NCBI RefSeq assembly: GCF_040938485.1
Contig: NW_027271055.1
Span: 1,364,001-1,428,000, forward strand
Reading direction: 5' to 3'
Length of the DNA stretch: 64,000 nucleotides
From: Diadema antillarum
Lineage: Eukaryota
Shown here: one piece after another, positions 60,931-64,000 of the stretch
How positions within the stretch are numbered: the stretch's first letter is position 1
Layout: each line of letters starts with the position of its first letter
The notes under the pieces: generated by a model
Told to the model about the DNA's origin: nothing
What the model saw: only the letters and a program-made list of their open reading frames with translations
The model's database searches: none
Translations under genes and position numbers: made by a program

Positions 60931-62615
60931 AACTATAGAAATGTTGCTACGGCGACTGGTGTATGCCTCCGCAATAATGCATGGTTCTCCTAATAGGTCT
61001 ATAGTACAATGTCTTGACAATGTGTGATGACAGTTTCACACAAGTGGCAAAATATTAAAATGATAGGTTTGCCACAAATGTGCTGAATGTTCACTTTCCT
61101 AGAACTAGGTTCAATTGGATGAATGATGAAAACGTCAGAGTGCAGGTATTTGGGGGAACTGATGATTTTTACTTGACTTTTGACCCTTTTATAAGTTTAT
61201 GCATTGAGTAATTTTCAAGGTATTGAGAAAAAGTATAATTTCAGTATCAAATGGTAAAATAGTATCATCTAAACCTGGCCTTTGACCTTTGACCTCACAG
61301 TTCCAAAGAGAATCACTGTTAGGTAGAACATGCATAAATATGTAAGTTTCATGATAATACCTTGAGTTACTTTTGAGATATGGAGGAAGAAGTGCAATTT
61401 AGCACTTTCACTTGACCTTTGACCTTTTGACCTTTGACCTTTTGGCAAGAAACTTCCCATAGAATATATATTGGGTTATACATGCATACATCAAGTTAAA
61501 AAAAAATCCTTCAGGCATTGCATAAATATAAGGAAATTAGTGATATTTTGAGGAGTTGACCTTGACCTTTGACCCCCTGACCTTTGACCCATGACCCCCA
61601 ACTTCCCTAGATAATCACTGCCCATCAGTACATGCATATATGTGACAGTGCACCTCAAAACGAACATAAAGTCGCACACACTGATTTTGCGTGAGGACTG
61701 AAAATAAGTGAAATGGGTCAACCTAGCCGAACTTGACTTTTTCATATTTTCTGAAAGAGCGGGTCTTCTTTTACATTATGCTAAAATTTGGGATCATAAA
61801 ACGGGCAGGAAAGTGTGTTTTTTAGCAGCTTATCTCGAACATTTTTGATAGAATAGTGTAATTAGGTGTGTCTTTAGAATCCCTTTTTCATTTTTGAAAA
61901 ACCTTGTCCACACTCTTCACTTTTAACTCTAATAACTTTTGAAAGGATTGTGCTACTGCTTTGAAAGTTGGCACTAATTATGGACAGAATGTGTTAATGA
62001 GGCATGCTTAATTTCAGTTTAATCTAATAATCCCTTCATTGTTGTTACTCTGATGGTTTACTTCCTGTTTTTTGTCCCATTCATCGCACAGCCAGCACGG
62101 TTTGGTAAAGATTAAGCGCTTGAATAGACACTGTACTTCAGAGCCTCTTTTCTCAGTTCACACTTTTCCTGAGTTTGTGCTTTCTTTTCAATATTTAGAT
62201 AGGTTAGGAGAGTCCATTTGATTTGAGTTATACATCATTTTAAAGCTTAAAATCTGCTCTTTCAGAATATGGTCTTAACTAAAAATTCATGTCTGGCGAC
62301 TTTTTGTTTGTTTTGAGGTGCAGGGTCACATATACTAAGTTCCATGAAGATACCTTGAACCATTTGCGAGAAACATGAAATTTCAACCTTTTTTCACAAA
62401 ATAACCTGTGACCTTTGACCTTTGACCCCGTAAACCCTAAAATCTAAACAAAATATTATCCCCCCAGGTTATACCCTCATACCAAGTTTGATGTAAAACC
62501 ACCACACGGTTCTTGAGATATCGACAAAAACAAAACGGGACGGACGGACGTACGGACGGACGGACGACCCGAAAACATAATGCCTCCAGCCACTTCGTTG
62601 GTGGAGGCATAAAAA
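60931..62615 (+). mobile_element. Helentron-associated / pearl / DINE-1-like non-autonomous element
   Basis: 5' AACTATAGAAATG with subterminal ATGCCTCC (60963-60970); internal tgacctttgacc modules; (GACG)n at 62538-62567; 3' hairpin ATGCCTCCAgCCA-cttcgt-TGGTGGAGGCAT followed by A5. Confidence 0.75.
61639..62332. mobile_element. 694-bp TA-flanked MITE nested in the Helentron-like element
   Basis: TIR TATGTGACAGTGCACCTCAAAACGAACATAAAGTCGC against reverse complement TATGTGACCCTGCACCTCAAAACAAACAAAAAGTCGC; TA flanks. Confidence 0.82.
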
Positions 62616-63457
62616 TTAGCATAATTACCAGAATTTAGAGAAAACAATTATGTTCTGGTGAATGGTTCATGATTGATTCTTTGAGATTTCACTGTGATGG
62701 TGTAATGGATGGCCAAGACCGAGGGGGAGACCAAAGCGCCCCCCCCCCCCCATACCATTTCAAAAATAATAACCTGGGCTATAGGGTTATGGAGGTTGGG
62801 GGGGGGGGGGTATACACTGAAGGCATACCACATCTACAATAGGAGATTCAGGCTTTTACCAAATTACTGCCTGCTTGCATTTTGGCCAAGAAAAGTGAAA
62901 GAGTCCATCTCATGGAGAATAGGGATTCCGGATACAATTTATCACCAATCTTCATTCCAGTGATCAAGAAAAAAGCAGAAAGTGGTGAAAAAAACGGTGT
63001 ATCCACTTTGGCTTGAAATAGCCCACACGATCGAGAGGACAAAAGCTCGCCAGCAAATTACCAATGGTTGGTAGAAGTCTGAATCTCTTATTCATAAGTG
63101 GCCTTAATTTTTTTTAAACAAAAGAAACATAAGAAAAAAAAATGAAAGGGGGCAAGGGCACCCCCCCCCCCCCTTTAATTTTCGAAGAAACTATCTTTGT
63201 CAGCTGTTTGGAGTGGCAGCAGAAAATTTTTTTTCTTGCCTGTCAGCCGATGAATCCCGGAAGTCAAGGAACGAAAAAATTGGGCATTGAAGCATGTTTT
63301 TTTTTGTTGCTTGTCAACTGATAAAACCTGGAAGTGGCACTAGAAATAGTTTCGGAAATCCTGGATCCGCCCCTATTATTGTATGATCTCTTAAACTGAT
63401 GAAAGTTTTCTGCATCATACTACAACTGTGACGGACAGACGTCACCTTACCACTCAC

Positions 63458-63612
63458 CTTCTCGCTGAGCATCTCCTCCGGGAGTTCACTGAGTTCCTCC
63501 GTAGCTTCCCTCATCACTTTCTCCTGCTGCTTACCAAGTTGGTCTTTCTTCTCCAGACCTCTCTCTTGGTGGACCACCAGCTCAAATCGGCCTCCCGGGG
63601 CCCGGGTGCGTC
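63458..63612 (-). CDS. RLR paralog B exon: end of motif VI plus pincer
   Basis: (G)RTRAPGGRFELVV...EEMLSEK; 155 nt with the same phases as paralog A; donor GTGAGT. The gene continues beyond the window. Confidence 0.92.
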
Positions 63613-64000
63613 CTGGAGACATGACATTTGATGATAATGGTGGTGATAATAGTGTCTCAAAGATAAATATTACGGATATGACCCGTTATATAATGTTTCA
63701 AGGAACTTTACGATTCAGACAAAAGTATACATACCAACATAAAGGTGCAAAAAGATCTTATAAGGGTCGCTCAAAGTTTAACCAAAACAAATATATTTCT
63801 CAGCTTTTATTTGGAGCAATCTTAACCTAGAATGGAGGCATCTTTGATTAATTAACCCATTCCTTCCGCAATTCTCTGAGTGCCTTTACTGCCCCCAGAC
63901 GAGATTCTTTTCGCCCATCGACAGAGAGGCACACAGGTTGGTATAAATCCAGCTGTGTGAAGGCAGTCAAGCAGTTCATTGTGTCCCCCTTTCTACGGTC

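Noticed and set aside
57335-63612. Paralog B as an uncollapsed allele of paralog A
   Set aside because: About 24% amino-acid divergence in the CTD, a 6-aa indel and several copy-specific insertions favour true paralogy, although high heterozygosity cannot be fully excluded without read depth.

Overview
AT-rich, intron-containing animal DNA. The repeat families, long G/C runs and gene content most resemble an echinoderm such as a sea urchin (inference). It is not prokaryotic and contains no CRISPR array, rRNA or tRNA that I can recognise. All genes lie on the minus strand. (1) A single-exon 608-aa orphan ORF at 4.8-6.6 kb, low-complexity, with PP1-docking-like motifs. (2) A near full-length CR1/L2-group (Crack/Daphne-like) LINE at 10.6-15.4 kb, broken only by three homopolymer frameshifts and nested inside a Harbinger-type non-autonomous element. 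(3) A complete three-exon PHF5A gene at 21.0-25.3 kb. (4) A RIG-I-like receptor (RLR) helicase gene, 11 exons resolved between 32.3 and 47.2 kb, encoding about 706 aa of helicase, pincer and CTD; its 5' end runs into an assembly gap and I could not identify any CARD exon. (5) The last two coding exons and 3' UTR of a tandem RLR paralog at 57.3-63.6 kb. The paralogs have almost identical pincer exons but strongly diverged RNA-binding CTDs, including an E/K swap at the position matching RIG-I K861. The rest of the window is dense in MITEs. Two larger non-autonomous elements carry internal satellite arrays, and there is a Helentron/pearl-like element and an inverted pair of Penelope 3' ends with a decayed hammerhead. 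Assembly gaps lie at 28079-28251 and 47211-47415. All alignments and counts were done by eye.
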